Shown here: piece by piece, positions 23,610-37,772 of the stretch
How positions within the stretch are numbered: the stretch's first letter is position 1
How the letters are laid out: each line of letters starts with the position of its first letter
Origin: Bigelowiella natans CCMP2755
Lineage: Eukaryota > Protista > Cercozoa
Length of the DNA: 51,212 nt
Assembly: GCA_000320545.1 (NCBI GenBank)
Contig: ADNK01003113.1
Location: 1-51,212, forward strand
Reading direction: 5' to 3'
Program-made: the position numbers and the translations under genes
The notes under the pieces: model-generated
Told to the model about the DNA's origin: nothing
What the model saw: the letters and a program-made list of their open reading frames with translations, nothing else
Databases searched by the model: none

Positions 23610-24065
23610 AGCCATGTCTAGCTAGCTAGATGTCTAGATGTGTTGCATGATCGAAAAGGATGCATGACATGCCTAGATGAAACTAATCTGTGCTAGCTAG
23701 CTAGTAATCTAATGATGTCACTAACGTCGAGACGTTGCCACGCTAGCTAGCTAGCTAGCTAGCTAGCACGCATTGGGCATGTAGAACAATCTAGGTAATG
23801 TCAGCTAGATAGCTAGCAGGCTGCACACTGTAGTGGTTTGCCTAGCTTTTCCAGTTCTAGAGTTGTGAGGTCACAATTACTAGATTAGACACATCTAGAC
23901 ATCAAGTTTAACTAGTTAAAAAAACTAGTAAAAGTATGCATCGTTCTCTATTTCTCTAGTTCTCATTGAATATTGTCACACAAACATGACACCTATCTAG
24001 CGATGCTTGTTGTACTTTTGTACGCCACCGCCGATAGTTGTGCTCTAGTGCTACAAACTAGCAAA
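23610..24065. other. CTAG-saturated spacer between convergent gene ends, including (CTAG)6
   Basis: About 27 CTAG in ~450 bp by manual count, with (CTAG)6 at ~23743-23766. Confidence 0.85.
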
Positions 24066-24474
24066 TGCAACAATTCGCGGATACCAGATACGTCGTTGCA
24101 GGATGTAGCAAAGCAGCTTCTAAGGGTGGACAGATGTGTGGAAAATGCATGAACGATGCACCAAAAGTCCGCGTCATCATTGTCCTCATTTCAGCATGAT
24201 CCTAATTCGACTTTATGCGTACAAAACCGCTAGCCACATAGGAGAAGGCAGCAGGATCGAGGTAGAAGCAGCCATATTTATTGTTCCACGCTTTGGCAGG
24301 TTCAATTATGGCTAATTCGTGTCACATGCGATCCATGCGGATTATAATAATTGAAGTTTAAATTTGAATAATTTAAGGAGATTTATCTAACGCGCTTCGC
24401 GCTTCGTAAACATTTATGTTTACATGGCTACCATGTTGGAGGAACAAAATATGTTCTTAGAAATAGATTCGCCA

Positions 24475-27400
24475 TCACTTTTTCGGCGTGGTAGGAGTAT
24501 TGCTACTTCGTTGTTGCATCAGAGCCCGAAAGTGTTCCAATAGTTTAGGCTCAAGCTCTGATAAATTAATGCTTGCGTTGGTAATAAATGATTAAAGTTC
24601 AACTCTAATCCCTTACTTAAAAACTTGGAGAAGTTTTCCCTTGTTATTGAGAGTAATGTACATTGAGTAGATGATGTAACCTATAATACATAATGCCATG
24701 AATTTAGGAATCAAGGAATTTTGATTGTATACTGTTGCGCTTCTAGTTGTGTCTTCGAGCAGGGCTATCTCTCCGAAGCTAGATTATGAAGTGTGAAGTG
24801 TGAAGTGTAAGAACAATCAATTCATCTCGAAGTAATCTCAATACCAGTCGTTCTCCCCCAGCGATGAGAGGTTAACAGGATTACCATCCGGCGATACAGC
24901 AGTTACCTTTGCCTATTCGGACATCCTCAAGGAACACTCATGTTTATATAAAAATGGGCTACTCTGACCTCTCCGTCGATAATTATGTAAAATTTGTCTC
25001 CTCTCTCCCCTTGCGTCATTATTTCTTCTCCAATCTGTTAATGTCAACAAATTATGACGGCAGCACTTTTTGAACAAAATGACTAACCTTGAATTCTTCA
25101 AAGGTAAATAACGTTGCCAACAAATCGAGTTTGTTCCATGGTTTATTCTCATTTACAAGATTAAAGTATGGAATCTTTGATAAACTGATTACAGAGAAAA
25201 TAGAATCAGATAGATAATGGATGATATTAGATCATACCGTTTTGCAGTTCGACCATAGATGCGATTTTGAAACTCTCTGTTTTTAGATATTATTATCGAA
25301 AGCACTTATAAATACTACGCACATAGATGAACACATAGCTTCTCTTGCTTCTCTCCTCTATTACCTTTCAGCTCCGGGTACCAAAGATAAGAAACATTGA
25401 AAATTTTTCTGTGTTTAAATCAAATTTTATTAAAACAATTTTATAAGTTGGCAGTCATAACATTTTATTATATTTTTTTGAGCTACTATATAAACGACAC
25501 TTACTTTATCCAATTTAAGCAGAAGAGTATCTGCTGTTGCCCGAACAGTTGCAGATCTCTTCACATTTCCCATCAATGACATTTCTCCAAACCAATCACC
25601 GTCTTCGTGGGAAGAAAATATCATTTTAAGGAATTAATTTCTGTGTAAGGAAGGGAAAATACCTTTTAATGTGTTTAACTCTATGGATCTCTTAACATCG
25701 CCGTTTACACAAGAACTTACCTGAAGAAACAAATTCTTACATGTCACCACATGTTGATCCCATGAATCTTACCGAGCAACTGCCGCTGGCAATGATGTAC
25801 AATGCATCTCCGTTGTCCCCGGCATGGAATATTGTATCACCTAATTAGAGTTCCTTCACGATTTGGACAACAATGATCCTTGTAATTATTGCTACAGATT
25901 CGAACCCTTCTTTATTTCTTTGTACTTCAACATAGCGCCAAGTAATTCGAGCTTTGATTCATCAAATTTTTGAAGAGGTCCGATTTCTTTCTTCATCAGG
26001 GAGGCAAAGATGGGGATAGTCCTAGTTCAAGTATTGTCAGATGTGTGAACTTCTAGAGTTCCCGATGGAATTTGAGTGTTTATTACCTCAAACTTGATGC
26101 TGTACGACGCTTGATAAGTTCCGAAAACACTTTCGATTCCTGCGACAATTATACATCGGAAACTTTGTATTACGATATGCTGGTTTTACCTGAAGTTGTG
26201 GAAATATTCCCAGAAATCGCGTGAAATTCTCTTTTTCCATTTTGAGTACTTGACATCTCTAAAAAATAAATATATGTAAGTAGGTGAAATTAACATTTTG
26301 TGAAGTAATAACAAATAATCACCTGTACGGCTGTGACAGTCGCTGTCCTTCTTGATTGAGAAACCAATGCTATTTCTCCGAGTAGACTCCTGCGGAAAAC
26401 ATAGACCACTATTTAGGGGAAGGTTTATTTCCGTAGCAAAGTCATACCCTTTCTGGAGAGTCGCTAGATGCTTCTCGCCATTGCTACTCTTAGCACTGAC
26501 TGCAACTGATCCTGGAAAGAAAAAATTCATCATTTTTATCAAATTTTAAAATAATCAGAAATATACCTTCGACAATGTAGTACAATCCATCAGCTATATC
26601 ATCCTGGTGGCAAATTACGTCCCCTTCCATATACATTTCTGTAGACGCATATTTCTCGGCATAGGATAAAAAACATTTCTTACTATAGAATAAGTCCTTA
26701 CCAAAACTAACAAGGTTTTGCAACTGAAGGAGCTGCAAATCTGGAACCTAAAGCAAAAATTGAAACTTGTCGAAATTGAACTTAATCTAGATCAAACCTC
26801 TTTGAAGAATGGAATTTCACTCAAACGGACTCTGATATTACACAATGTTGAAGCATAGCGATCAATATCTCGCAAAATATTCGAATATTCACTGATGAAA
26901 GTGCGTGATTACGTAAACGCCCACATACTAAACTCAGATAGTACGGAAAAACCTGCTGTCACTGGCAGAGGAAGTGATATGTATTCCTAAAGCTGGGTTT
27001 TCCCTTACAGCTTCCTGAAGCATAAGAATTTTGGATATTTAGTGTGATTTATGGTGTGCTGCAACTCATCATGTAATTGTTCTGATCATCACTAGTAATT
27101 GATCCTACTTCATATTCCTTCGTTGTTATTTGAAGCAGCTCACATTTTTCAAGAGCTCTTGCTGTAACTGGAGCAAATCTGGTGCAATCGTGAAAGTAAA
27201 TACATTAGAAGTTTAGTATATTTCAATGATGACAAACCCAGTTTTATCTGTGGAAAGCGTAAAAGCTCCAAAGTAGTCCCCATTTTCTAAGATTGTCCAA
27301 AGTTTGATCAGAGGGTAATGATTTTTATCTCCATATTTCTACAGACCTTTGATCGCAAGGATTTGATCCTTTGATTTGCCTTCGTTGCCTTTGGTTTCAT

Positions 27401-28401
27401 TGCCACCATTGATGGCTGAAATCTAACAACAAATTATGAAAATGAACATTTCTATATTAGTTTTCACACCTTCATTGAGACTCAGGATTCATACCTGGAC
27501 CTTCCCAGAGATGACAATGAACAAACCAAATTTGGATTCCCCCTGAGTGAATGTAATACAAGTCGTGTTTTCGCTTTCCTTTCAATGAATGGTAATACCT
27601 GCCTACAGATCAGGTCTTCCCGCTCATATTTCTTCCTCGAGAAAAGTTTTTTGATTTTCTTTCGATTCTATTAGAGGATTTTTATGAGGTAAAATGGTCG
27701 TTATCATTTTACTATGAGATGGATTTTCTGACCCTTGTGTCCATTTCTGCGAAGAATGGAATACAAAGACTGAGAACATCCGATTTTACACCCGAACTTA
27801 ATGAGCTATTTCTTGCTTTAGGCATCCCATTTTTATTTGTTGTTCTTCTCTTAGACGATCCGCAGATTGTTGACGCAAAAAATCCTTTAACACACATCAT
27901 GAATGATCTAGAGACATCTTTAACTGCTTATGTTCCAAGCAATGACAAGGGATATTTAACATCTTAAGTATCGCTATCATGATATCATGATGCCTACCTG
28001 CCGAATGAAATTGCCCCATTGCTTGATAACAGAAAGCTTGTGGCTTACAAATTTAGACTGAACTTCACGAGTCACAACCCGCTGAGATTCAGAAATGCCC
28101 TATTTTCTGCACTTCCTGGGGTAGAGTTACCGAGAAACTGCAAAAAACACCCACATGATCCTTGTTGTACTTGAACAGGTAAACGGTTTTTCTTTTGCGA
28201 CCATTTTCAACGATTTTTGGTGCTTCCCGCGCGGTTTGTAATTGTCTCAAGTTTTCCTCTTCAAATGATGTCTTAGTTTAGAAAGGGCCAGGAACCTCTA
28301 GTTGGTGTTTCGTTCTCATGAATTTCTGGTAAATTTAAGACGCTGACTGGCTGGAATGGTGTTCGTGGGAGAATTTTGAACTGAAGTCTCGGTGTTTTCA
28401 T
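24475..28401 (-). CDS. Protein with four tandem cyclic-nucleotide-binding (CNB) domains, no kinase or channel domain seen, many short introns
   Basis: Four phosphate-binding cassettes: 'GDYFGAFTLSTD' (~27270), 'LGEIALVSQSRRTATV' (~26360), 'GDWFGEMSLMGNVKRSATVRA' (~25570), 'FGEIALLEDTTRSATV' (~24760). Also 'GDVICHQDDIADGLYYIVEG' and 'GDTIFHAGDNGDALYIIASG'. Stop at 24475. Confidence 0.85.
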
Positions 28402-28563
28402 TCCATATTTCCTCAAAATGTCAATAGACACATGAAAAATGGAGGCGAATTATTAAATGGTGACATGGTAAATGAGACATAACGCGAAGATGGAATTCTT
28501 AAAAGTTAGGGAATTGTAAGTCTGACGTACTTCATCGAATACAAGGCCATAACCCAAGTTACT

Positions 28564-29391
28564 ATGTCTGAACGGATGGACGTCCAAAACGTTACATCAC
28601 TTAGTTCCATGAAGAGGAAGGGCACTGAGAGTGAGGTGCTAGAGGTACCAATAGTTAAACAACCAATCTTTTAGCATTTTAATCTGACGAAACTTCAAGC
28701 CTCGCAAATCTATCTTCGTTAGATGCATGATTTTATTTCATTGACTCTGCAAGTTGAACACAAAACGAAACTACGAAATCAATAAATGCAACTGAAACCT
28801 TCAATTACGAAACAAAGCCATGATTATGAATTGCAGAAAATCATCCAAGATATGGAATGCTTAGAATCAAACAATCACATACTGAAAAAGAGCTCTGAAT
28901 TACTTTTAGCTGTAATTGAAGATGTAACTCATCCATTTCTCATTTGTTCTTTTCAGTGCAATTATGGTCATCTTTTTTTTTCATGTGTTTAAGGTTTTGG
29001 TTCCTCGTGTGTTTGATTACAATGGCCGTCGAAAGGAAAGAAAAAAGCAAGATCAACAAGTTGTAAGTGGAAGAGAGGAGGAGAAAGAAGAAGAAGAAGA
29101 GGAAGAAGAAAAAGAAGCTGTGCCAATGAAAGGACGCTTAGATGTTGACGGCTCATTCAAATGTTATGTTCATCAGCAATCACGGTTCGATCTGCGATGC
29201 TAGCGACGGGAGCACATGATGCAAGCAATTCACAGGTTGTGCATGTGATTGTAGACACAGAAGGTCAACAACATTTGCCGCTATGTTTGCTGGGTGTGTC
29301 GAAACTTGGGGGAGATGTATTCCCACACCCTGACAAAATTAAGACTTTGATGAAAATGAAAAATGCACAACAAAGCGATGTGTTTCATTGA
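28564..29391 (+). CDS. Hypothetical protein (coiled-coil, Glu run), 3' part possibly degenerate
   Basis: Exons MSERMDVQNVTSLSSMKRKGTESEVLE|gt, ...MQLKPSITKQSHDYELQKIIQDMECLE..., and VLVPRVFDYNGRRKERKK.... Frame continuity after ~29160 is unclear. Confidence 0.45.
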
Positions 29392-29790
29392 AAACCATGT
29401 GAGGAAAATTTTGATTGGGCAGAGACCTGAGAGAAATGTGCTGAAAATCACATCACCTTGCTTTCTACAATGAACATGCACACGCTCATTCCACACATGT
29501 GTGCATCATTTTGCACCTGCATGCATTCTAGCAGTGCCCATTTGAGGCATCGCATGATGTGAGGTGTCTGAAGTTGAAATTGGATGGAGAAATTTGAAGT
29601 TTGCATCTTCACTTGAGCACAGCTAGTTGGGGAGCTTGCATTCTAGTGTTTGGGTTGCTCAACTGACCATTAATGATTGTCAATGCAATTAGGTCTAGAG
29701 AAGTGCACTAGTGCATGCTGCAATTCAATGCCATTTTGACATTTTGCACAAATTTGAATTAAACATTTCCGGTGATCTAGTCATGCGATG
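29200..29790. other. TpA-depleted, CTAG-retaining tract between convergent gene ends
   Basis: Rich in CATG, TGCA and TGTG. Most remaining TpAs are CTAG or CTA/TAG. Confidence 0.8.
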
Positions 29791-30005
29791 AGTCAAGCAT
29801 GCGGCGATTCAGTGACCGTGGCAGGCGCGCCATTTTCATTTTGCAGCGAGATGGTGATGCTGCATAACATTTGCAAATTGATGCAAGGGCGACAGTATTT
29901 TTTTAGATTCATGCTGATCGCTAATCTTTTCACGGAAATGCAGGGTATACTGACCGATATAGCTCAGAAATGTGTGCTGTGCATGTTGGCAGCAACCAAA
30001 CAGAT

Positions 30006-32306
30006 CTATGAATCTTTGAGTGTGTCCACCCAAGCTAATGTTCGTGCCTGTGCTGCTTCTCGACTAAATGCAGGCTTATAACCAAAATCCTGGGTCGCTC
30101 GCTTATGATTGAAGTTGTAGTCTTGGCACAGTAAGTTTGCCACGAACACAGTAGGAGAAGGATCGAACCTAGTTGGGATACATAAACACCACAGCTTCCT
30201 CATATATTTAGTGATATTATTGGAGTTATTTTGGAATCATATTTTCTTTGTTTCACCCATCTTTGGCATCCATAAGTTCTAGTTTTAAATTTTATTACCA
30301 ACGAGCGGAAGGCCAAATTGCCATTAGCATAAAGTGAAGAAACTCGAGGAAAACCGCGAGACACCACACTACCCTATACGGTAAATATATGGATGGCAAT
30401 CGCATCCCCCTGTGCCTGGAATATAATAAGAACAATTGTTATTTTAAATGTAAATGAAAAACACAACAGAGGTTGCTGATATCCTAGAAATTTTGTGCTT
30501 TGTTTGGAACGAATGGGACGAGGGTAAGAACTACCGAGTTACTTTTAAATAAAATCACAAGAGACATTTGGTAATGTCTATGAGTATCTCTGTTAATATA
30601 TTACTCGACATAAGGCCTGCAGAACTCCCACCAGTTGACATTAAAGTTCTCTGAAACGATATAAGCCTTTCCTTCTGGCCCGCTTGCCTTCCCTTCCGCC
30701 ATTCGAATAGCTGCCATGACGTGCGCGTGGGCCACGTTTCCAGCATAAACAAAGTCGAATTTTGCAGTTTTGGGATTTCCAAGAAGCATGAGAAGACCTC
30801 CGGACTGCACTGTCTTTAGCACCGTTGGAATTGCATGCGGGTCTCGCTCCCCTGATAGCGCATAATTGCAAAAAGGAACTTGAACGAATCCAAGCGGTCT
30901 TCAGAAGTATAACTTAATTTTGTCGCGCAACACAACTGATGGTCTCACATGAACCCAGGCATCGCATTCAGCTTTCATGCACATTTAATGGCACCACTAC
31001 ACGACAGCAAGGCATATATCGGTACTACCATACACGTGAGTCGGCCGAAGTGCACAAGTACGGAGTGAACTATCGTTTGCACTTAGGACAAGCCTACAGT
31101 AAGCATCCAAAATTAATATGAATATGAAAATCATAAAAAAATGTAGAACGCATAAGGAATATATCTTAGGAAAAATCATTCTCACAAAAGTCTCTAGAAA
31201 ACAACGGTAATATACATGTAAACTGTAAATATGAATTATTTTTTACATATAAACTATAATTAATATATATATATATATATATATTATATAATATAATGTG
31301 TCAAAGATACTTTTCTCCCGCAATTTTCGTGCGAACATAATCATTCACTGGTTTCTCCGGATATCTTGAAATTAAATGCACCATTTCAAACATTTAAGAC
31401 GTGATAACTCAGTGGCTTTCTTCTGATGTGATAATTCATAAATACCCGCATTTTTCCGAGTCACCATTTGATATTGGCAAACCTGTATAGCAAACGTCCA
31501 AGGTGCTTGTGTAGATCAGCCTTTTTACCCTGATAACGACGGGTAGAAAGCAGTACTTAAATGGATGCTGTTATAAAACAATATTGACCGTTATTTTGTT
31601 GGTTTTTGTTGGTGATAGACCTGTGTCTCTTGCAGGCGGCAATGACGGATTTTGTGCCTTCAACATTGACCTTATCGATCAGAGGATGTGGGTTGAGTGA
31701 CCAGTGTACGATTGATGCGACAAGAAACACCGTGTCGATTCCTGGCGAAATTAAAACAGTTATTTGAACCTTGAAATTCGAAACAGTGTAGTTCGCGCAA
31801 AAAAAAATCCATTCTAGTCGATGCGGAGCAAATGTCTGAAAAGGCAGTTATCCATCGGTGCTCGTTAATTTTTTGGGAACAAATGGGAAATGGCTATGTG
31901 AAGCGCTAATATCAATTTCATGGAAGGTAGCAACTATCTCGGGAAAGCAACCTTCTATGGCCTTATCAAGTAACTTTGAATCACACATATCCCCGACGAT
32001 TTCGTGGACAAGTTCTCTCGTTTCCACCTTGACCTTTATGCGATTTATGTCTAGAACTCGGACTTCTTTGAGGTCCTGTAGGCCTTTGCCGTAACGCTCT
32101 TTCCTAGATCGGGGACTTGCTGCCAGCATTCCAATGAGATGTGACCCCACAAACCCCGCACCTGACAACGACATTGTGAGATGGACGGTAAGCGCTTTCC
32201 GTACAACAAAGGAAAGGCGGAGGCAGACAGAGAAGAAAGGTTTGAGGAATTCTGCGGTATTAAAGGGGCATGCTTGCAGACCTCCGATAACAAGGACCCG
32301 CTCCAT
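30006..32306 (-). CDS. 3-beta-hydroxysteroid dehydrogenase/NSDHL/SDR42E1-like extended SDR, multi-exon
   Basis: 'MERVLVIGG|AGFVGSHLIGML', 'IVGDMCD', 'IDTVFLVASIV', 'IDKVNVEGTKSVIAAC', 'LIYTST', 'LRTCALRPTHVYG', 'FDFVYAGNVAHAHVMAA', 'NFNHKRATQDFGYKP'. Confidence 0.9.
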
Positions 32307-33158
32307 TGCTGTGAGCACCGACCCGAGAGATATTATTTTCCCGACATTTTCTGCACCATAACGCAGGGTATTTTGTCCCTGATAATCCATCCGACTTCTG
32401 ATATGAATTGTCGCAAAAGAAAATTTCCCTGTGATTTTAAAATTTCGACGTCAAAACTCTATGGGTACCTTTCTCCTGATATTTTAGACTTTGGAGGAAC
32501 GGAAGAGGTTTTTATTCTGCGACATGCGAGAACTCATCATACGCGAGAACTCGGAGAGACAACAAAAATCGGGAGGTACTCTTTCCTGCTCAATCCATTT
32601 CGATTAATTTTTAGAGAAAAAGTTAAGTCGCTGTTAATTATTGGCTTTAATTTATGCTCAGATTTATTATTTTTGAACATCTTGACGAACCCCTTCACCC
32701 AAAAGCGGAAGGACTTCAATCTCCGCTCTCTTGTCAATGGTGCATGCACTTAGCTGATAGGCATGTACATAGCAATCATCAGTCATTGGTAGAAAAAGCT
32801 ACTGGCTTGTGATTAAATAGAAGCGGATAAAGGAGATCATTACCACGAATGTCATTAAGAATCTTCATGCTTTTAGCTGACGACGATTTGTTTCGCAGCT
32901 TGGCCGTTCTAAGCACCGAGCGCTATCATTGAGGAGACAACGCCTAACAGTTATAGCGTTCGCAATACTTGCAAGTATTGCAATAATTGTTGTGTGTCAT
33001 CAACATGACCGAGGTGCATATAACTAAAAGATGCACAACATCATTTAACGTAACGATTGAACGCGAAGTGTACACCATTGACCTTACCCCTGACAGCTTA
33101 CCCCCATATCTTGTCATCAGGATTTATCCAATCATATATTGGCTCCCGGCAGCATCCG

Positions 33159-34878
33159 ATGGCCTTGCTCTCAAGACTGTCGGTTAGCAGAGAGCTGTCT
33201 GCTAGCAGGGGAAGAAAAAGAAACTCGGATATTATCAGGGTTGATGACAACTTATTCTTTATTCTTTTCCACATCTCAATGCTAGTTTAACATTATGAAC
33301 CAGCACATACCCATCCCAAAGCATCCGAATAATGTAGGTTCCGCCACGGCCCCCTAGCTGCTCCGCGCGCCCGATCACACGACACGAGAAATCAAAAGGC
33401 GAAGCTTTGAGCATATCATATGTAATATTTCATTTCAATTGCATGTAGTGTAGTCTTCTTGATGTTGTAAGCGTTGTAAATCACCGGCAACCTTATCACG
33501 CATTATCAAATCTAACGCAAATATCGTGTTGCATAGCTGCAATCCGTCCCTTCGGCCTCTTCCGTGGCTCCAGACTTCACTGTATCTCCATACGCACCGG
33601 ACGTGGTTGTAGAGTCTGATTTCATCGAAGTTGCTGGAGGAGGGAAGATGTTCTATACCAGTACGTTTCCACAAGTACCTTGTGTGATTGCTAGAACAAC
33701 TTTATTGATTCATATGAAGTTATCACATTGACCTAGCGTCGAAAGATGATTCTAAGCGTAGGCTTTCAATCTTGCTAGAAGCGGGCATGATGTTCATTAC
33801 ATTACTCAGAAATAGGGTCGGGGCCCCCGATTATTGTGGCGCATGGAGGCCCAGGCCTTGACCACAGATATCTAGCTTCCGAGCTCTCTGCCTTTGCGAA
33901 GAACCACACGGTTATCTTCTATGACCAGAGAGGCTCCGGTCGGTCGCACAACGCAAGAAAAGACGACGAGCATATTACGATCGGTCATCTTGCTTGTTGG
34001 CTTCTCTTCGATAGGCTAGAGGATGCAAATTTTGACAATTCAAAAAATCAAATGAGAGCTTCGGTATTCAACAACGAGTGAGGTCGGAATCTAGACTCCT
34101 ACTCTGGGCCATGGTTTGATGTGAACTCCAACTTGTTCTTCTTTATGGCCATGGTTTGATGTGAACTCCAACTTGTTCTTCTTTATCTTCTTCGCCTGTC
34201 ACTACCTCCACTACCTAATAGTAAGCATTATTTGGTAACTGTCGCCCATTTTCAGAGACGTTTGTGGATGATCTGGAGGGGCTCCGGAGATGCCTGGGAT
34301 ATAAGAAGTCCAATACAATCTCTTAACGCGTTGGATGTTGTAATATATAACGGAGTGTTTTTTTAAGTTTGTTCTAACGAGAAGGGCCCGTTCATCATAT
34401 GCCGATGAAAATATTGACTCTTTATGATGATGCTGTTGATGACGACGTGATTGATAGATACTCACTGGCCTTGGTGTTGGAGTAGGTTCACGTTAATGGG
34501 GCACTCATGGGGAGGGCTGCTTTCTATGTACTACGCCTGTGCGCATCCAGACAGAATATCGTCGCTGATATTGGTGAGATAATAGCTATTTAGCCGATGT
34601 AGCGTGGTCACACAAGAGGAATACACGAGCCAAGAATAGTTATCAGAAAACTAACGGCGGCTCTTAACCTCATGTATGAATGATGAAGTCGGCTTGCTCT
34701 CCACTGTGAATCAAATCTGGTTTCTGATATTTTTGTACGGGGACTCTTAATTGCCCACTGTACTGTAACTTAGATAAACAGCGCGCCTGCAGACCAACGA
34801 GGGCAGAACGCTTTCGATGAAGAGCTTGGATGGAGAATGCGACATGCCAGTGGCAAGGAAGCAGCACGTATAGACAGG

Positions 34879-34916
<38 letters not shown>

Positions 34917-35884
34917 ATCTCTATCTCTACCTCTCCCTCTCCCTCTCTCTCTCTACATCTATCTCTACCAATCTCTTTATACCTGCGCGCGCGTGTTAGT
35001 GTAGAGGTGCGTGTTCGGGGGAAGGGGGTGGATGGGGGATCGTCGCCTACACATAAAAATGCCGTTCACTTGAGATATCCTTTAAGTGCCTCGTCTGAGA
35101 GCGTGCCGTACGATGATTTGTCCAGCCTCTCCTCGAATGAGAAGTTCCACAGCCTCAACGCAACTGACATTGGCGCAGCGTAAGGAGTATAACTCTAACA
35201 ACTAGTGGCCGCTGCACACGTCGTAGGTTTTGCTTTGCGGATATATCCGTTCTCTCTCATTCGCGTTCTGAGTTCTCTCTTATTCGCGTTTTTGACGTGG
35301 TAGGTACCGAGCGCTCTTTGGGCTGTACGTGAGCAACAGGCACTCAGCCGGCAAGTTGAACTTGGAATTCGACACGGTCGCCGCCAGGAGCGGCTTCGCA
35401 ATCAGCCAGAAGATGGAGTGGTACGATGAACGAGAGTCGGCAGAAGGACGTGCCTGTCACAACTTACTCTGATACACGTGTGTATGCAATGTGTACAACA
35501 CTCGACGAGCTTAGTCTGAGATGTAATTAGTTGTATATCCTCGGCGTTTCCGAGCAGGTCGGTCCCTCGAATCGATCTCCTCACCGAACTTACAGTAACC
35601 CTGAAGGGCAGGGTTCCTACATTAATACTGCACGGTAATGGAGACGATGCCACGTGCTAGTACGTCGTTGCAGCACTGTCGAGTAAATTGCCTCTTAGCT
35701 TGAATGTGATAATACATAAGGCTTTGAGGACGTGGTGCCATCATGGACATCTGAGGAGATTTCCTGGGCCATAGCGGACTCAAAGTTAGTGCTGTTGGAA
35801 AATTGTGGTCATTTTCCGTTCGTAGAAGCCCCGGGGGAGTTTACTGCCCAAGTCAATGATTTCTTAGATCAGCACCGTGTGTAA
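33159..35884 (+). CDS. Alpha/beta-hydrolase, proline iminopeptidase-like, multi-exon
   Basis: 'IIVAHGGPGLDHRYL...VIFYDQRGSGRS', nucleophile motif 'LMGHSWGGLLSMYYA', 'PTLILHG', and 'LVLLENCGHFPFVEAP'. Stop TAA at 35882-35884. The start is uncertain. Confidence 0.88.
34107..34186. repeat. Perfect 40-bp tandem duplication in an intron
   Basis: ggccatggtttgatgtgaactccaacttgttcttctttat occurs twice in tandem. Confidence 0.95.
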
Positions 35885-36009
35885 AGGAAATGCTGTTGAT
35901 GTATAGCTATTGTTGTAAATAAAAAAAAATGGACTTGGAGAAGATAATATTGCTCGTAATCGCTCCTGATTTATCAAACGCGAGGCCAAGGCCCTTTCCG
36001 GCTACAAAA

Positions 36010-36400
36010 GTACAGCTAGGTATCATGGCTAGCGTGACTAACAATCGTTGCAGCGCGCTGCTTACATTGTGGAAAGTATAAACTTATAGCTAATGTCTGC
36101 ATCATGCAAGCATCATGCAAGCATCATGCTGCGCATGTTCTGCCGTGCCAGCCATGCACACATACATGTGCTAGTAGCATGCGTAGCAAAAGCTTCATCA
36201 TTGACAACGACGCAGGCACAAAATGTATGATGACTGCACATCTAGACATCATTGTTAGGCGATGTGCGTTACCAGCATATACACATGTGAAAACTAGCCT
36301 ATGAGTCCCTAGACACGCTGCAGTGCTTGGCGCTGATCACTGCTAGACTGGCTAGCTGGCGCCGTGCTGCGGGACACACATGTACAGTACGTTCATGCCG
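36010..36400. other. CATG/CTAG-rich spacer between convergent gene ends
   Basis: (gcatcatgcaa) repeats at ~36099-36130, with frequent CTAG, CATG and TGCA. Confidence 0.65.
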
Positions 36401-36899
36401 ATAAAACAACAAGCGCATAGACTATGCGAGATACATGATCACATCAAAAGCTTTTTAGTCAGAGTGCATGCAACTATCAGCGGAACTTATCTCCACGGAT
36501 TATCGAGCAACACCACAACGGGAAAAACGACTAGTAAACACGGTAGCTAGATCAAGAAATCTCCTTGTAAAGCAAAAAGGGAAGCTAAACAAACGACAAA
36601 TTGTCTCAGCACGCCCAAGAAAAGATGGAAAAACGATTTACTTGTATCGTATTCTAATGGGAGTCATTCGAACCCACAATGCCAACTATTATTGGCCATT
36701 TCTAAAGAAAAGATTCTACGAATAATCAGGTTAATGATAGGGTCATCTACTTCCCGCTTCGCCCGCCTCGTCCTGTTTTTCGCCCATCATCCGAACTTGT
36801 GCTGCATGAAGAAGCATTTGCAACAACAACAGAAACACCGCCACCGACGTCACACGTCACACTGGGGCTCAATTAAAAAGAAGAAGGAAAAAGCCGCCC

Positions 36900-37740
36900 C
36901 TCAAGAAGAGCTCTTTACAAGGATTAACTAGTGTCGAATTACCTGTTATCTCCGGCCTCACGTGGCCTCCTGAGCGCATTGAGATTCTTCCAGTTTAGGC
37001 ACTGAGGGCATGTGGCAAGTATCTTCAGAGAAACAGACGGCAGACATTGGATCACATGTTGCGAATGACACTCTCTTATCGTTCTTACCAGCACAATCAC
37101 GACGACGCTGATGAAGAATTGTAAACGAGGAAGCTCCACCTCAGAGTACACGCAGACCCACGCCATGTACGCTCCCGCTGCGAGGAGGAGGAGGCATAAC
37201 GGCTACATACAACACGCAATAGCCCAAAAAGAAACGAGGAAGATGAGAAACTACCGCACACACACCCACACACACGCACACACACGCACACGCGCGCGCG
37301 CGCAGGCACGCGGACACATGCAGTGCGAGATTCTTGTGTTTTAGAGGAGGAAAAACTCACGGATTTGTAAAAACTGGTAACGGTCTTCGCCCATTGACTG
37401 CCGTTCGGATAGGTGCTCAACTGTGTCAGGATGAATTCTCGCGTCCAAAACTAACAGAAATCGAACATTAAGATCGTTTTAAGGTCAGCTTGTTCTCGAC
37501 GATGGGATTATGAATAAAAGAGTCAGAAATAGGATCTCTTTCTCTACTGAATCTTCGCTTCTAAAATATGGTGATACCACATCCAGGGTGGTTCCAAGAG
37601 CCCCCAGACCCATCAACGCACGCCCGAACGCTTGTCCCGTAGTGACATATTTGAAACCTTGGAAGCAGTAAAGGCGAAAATTGTACAATAGTAAACCGCA
37701 GAGACCTAATTCTCCACTCAATATTATTGATTTAAAAAAT

Positions 37741-37772
<32 letters not shown>

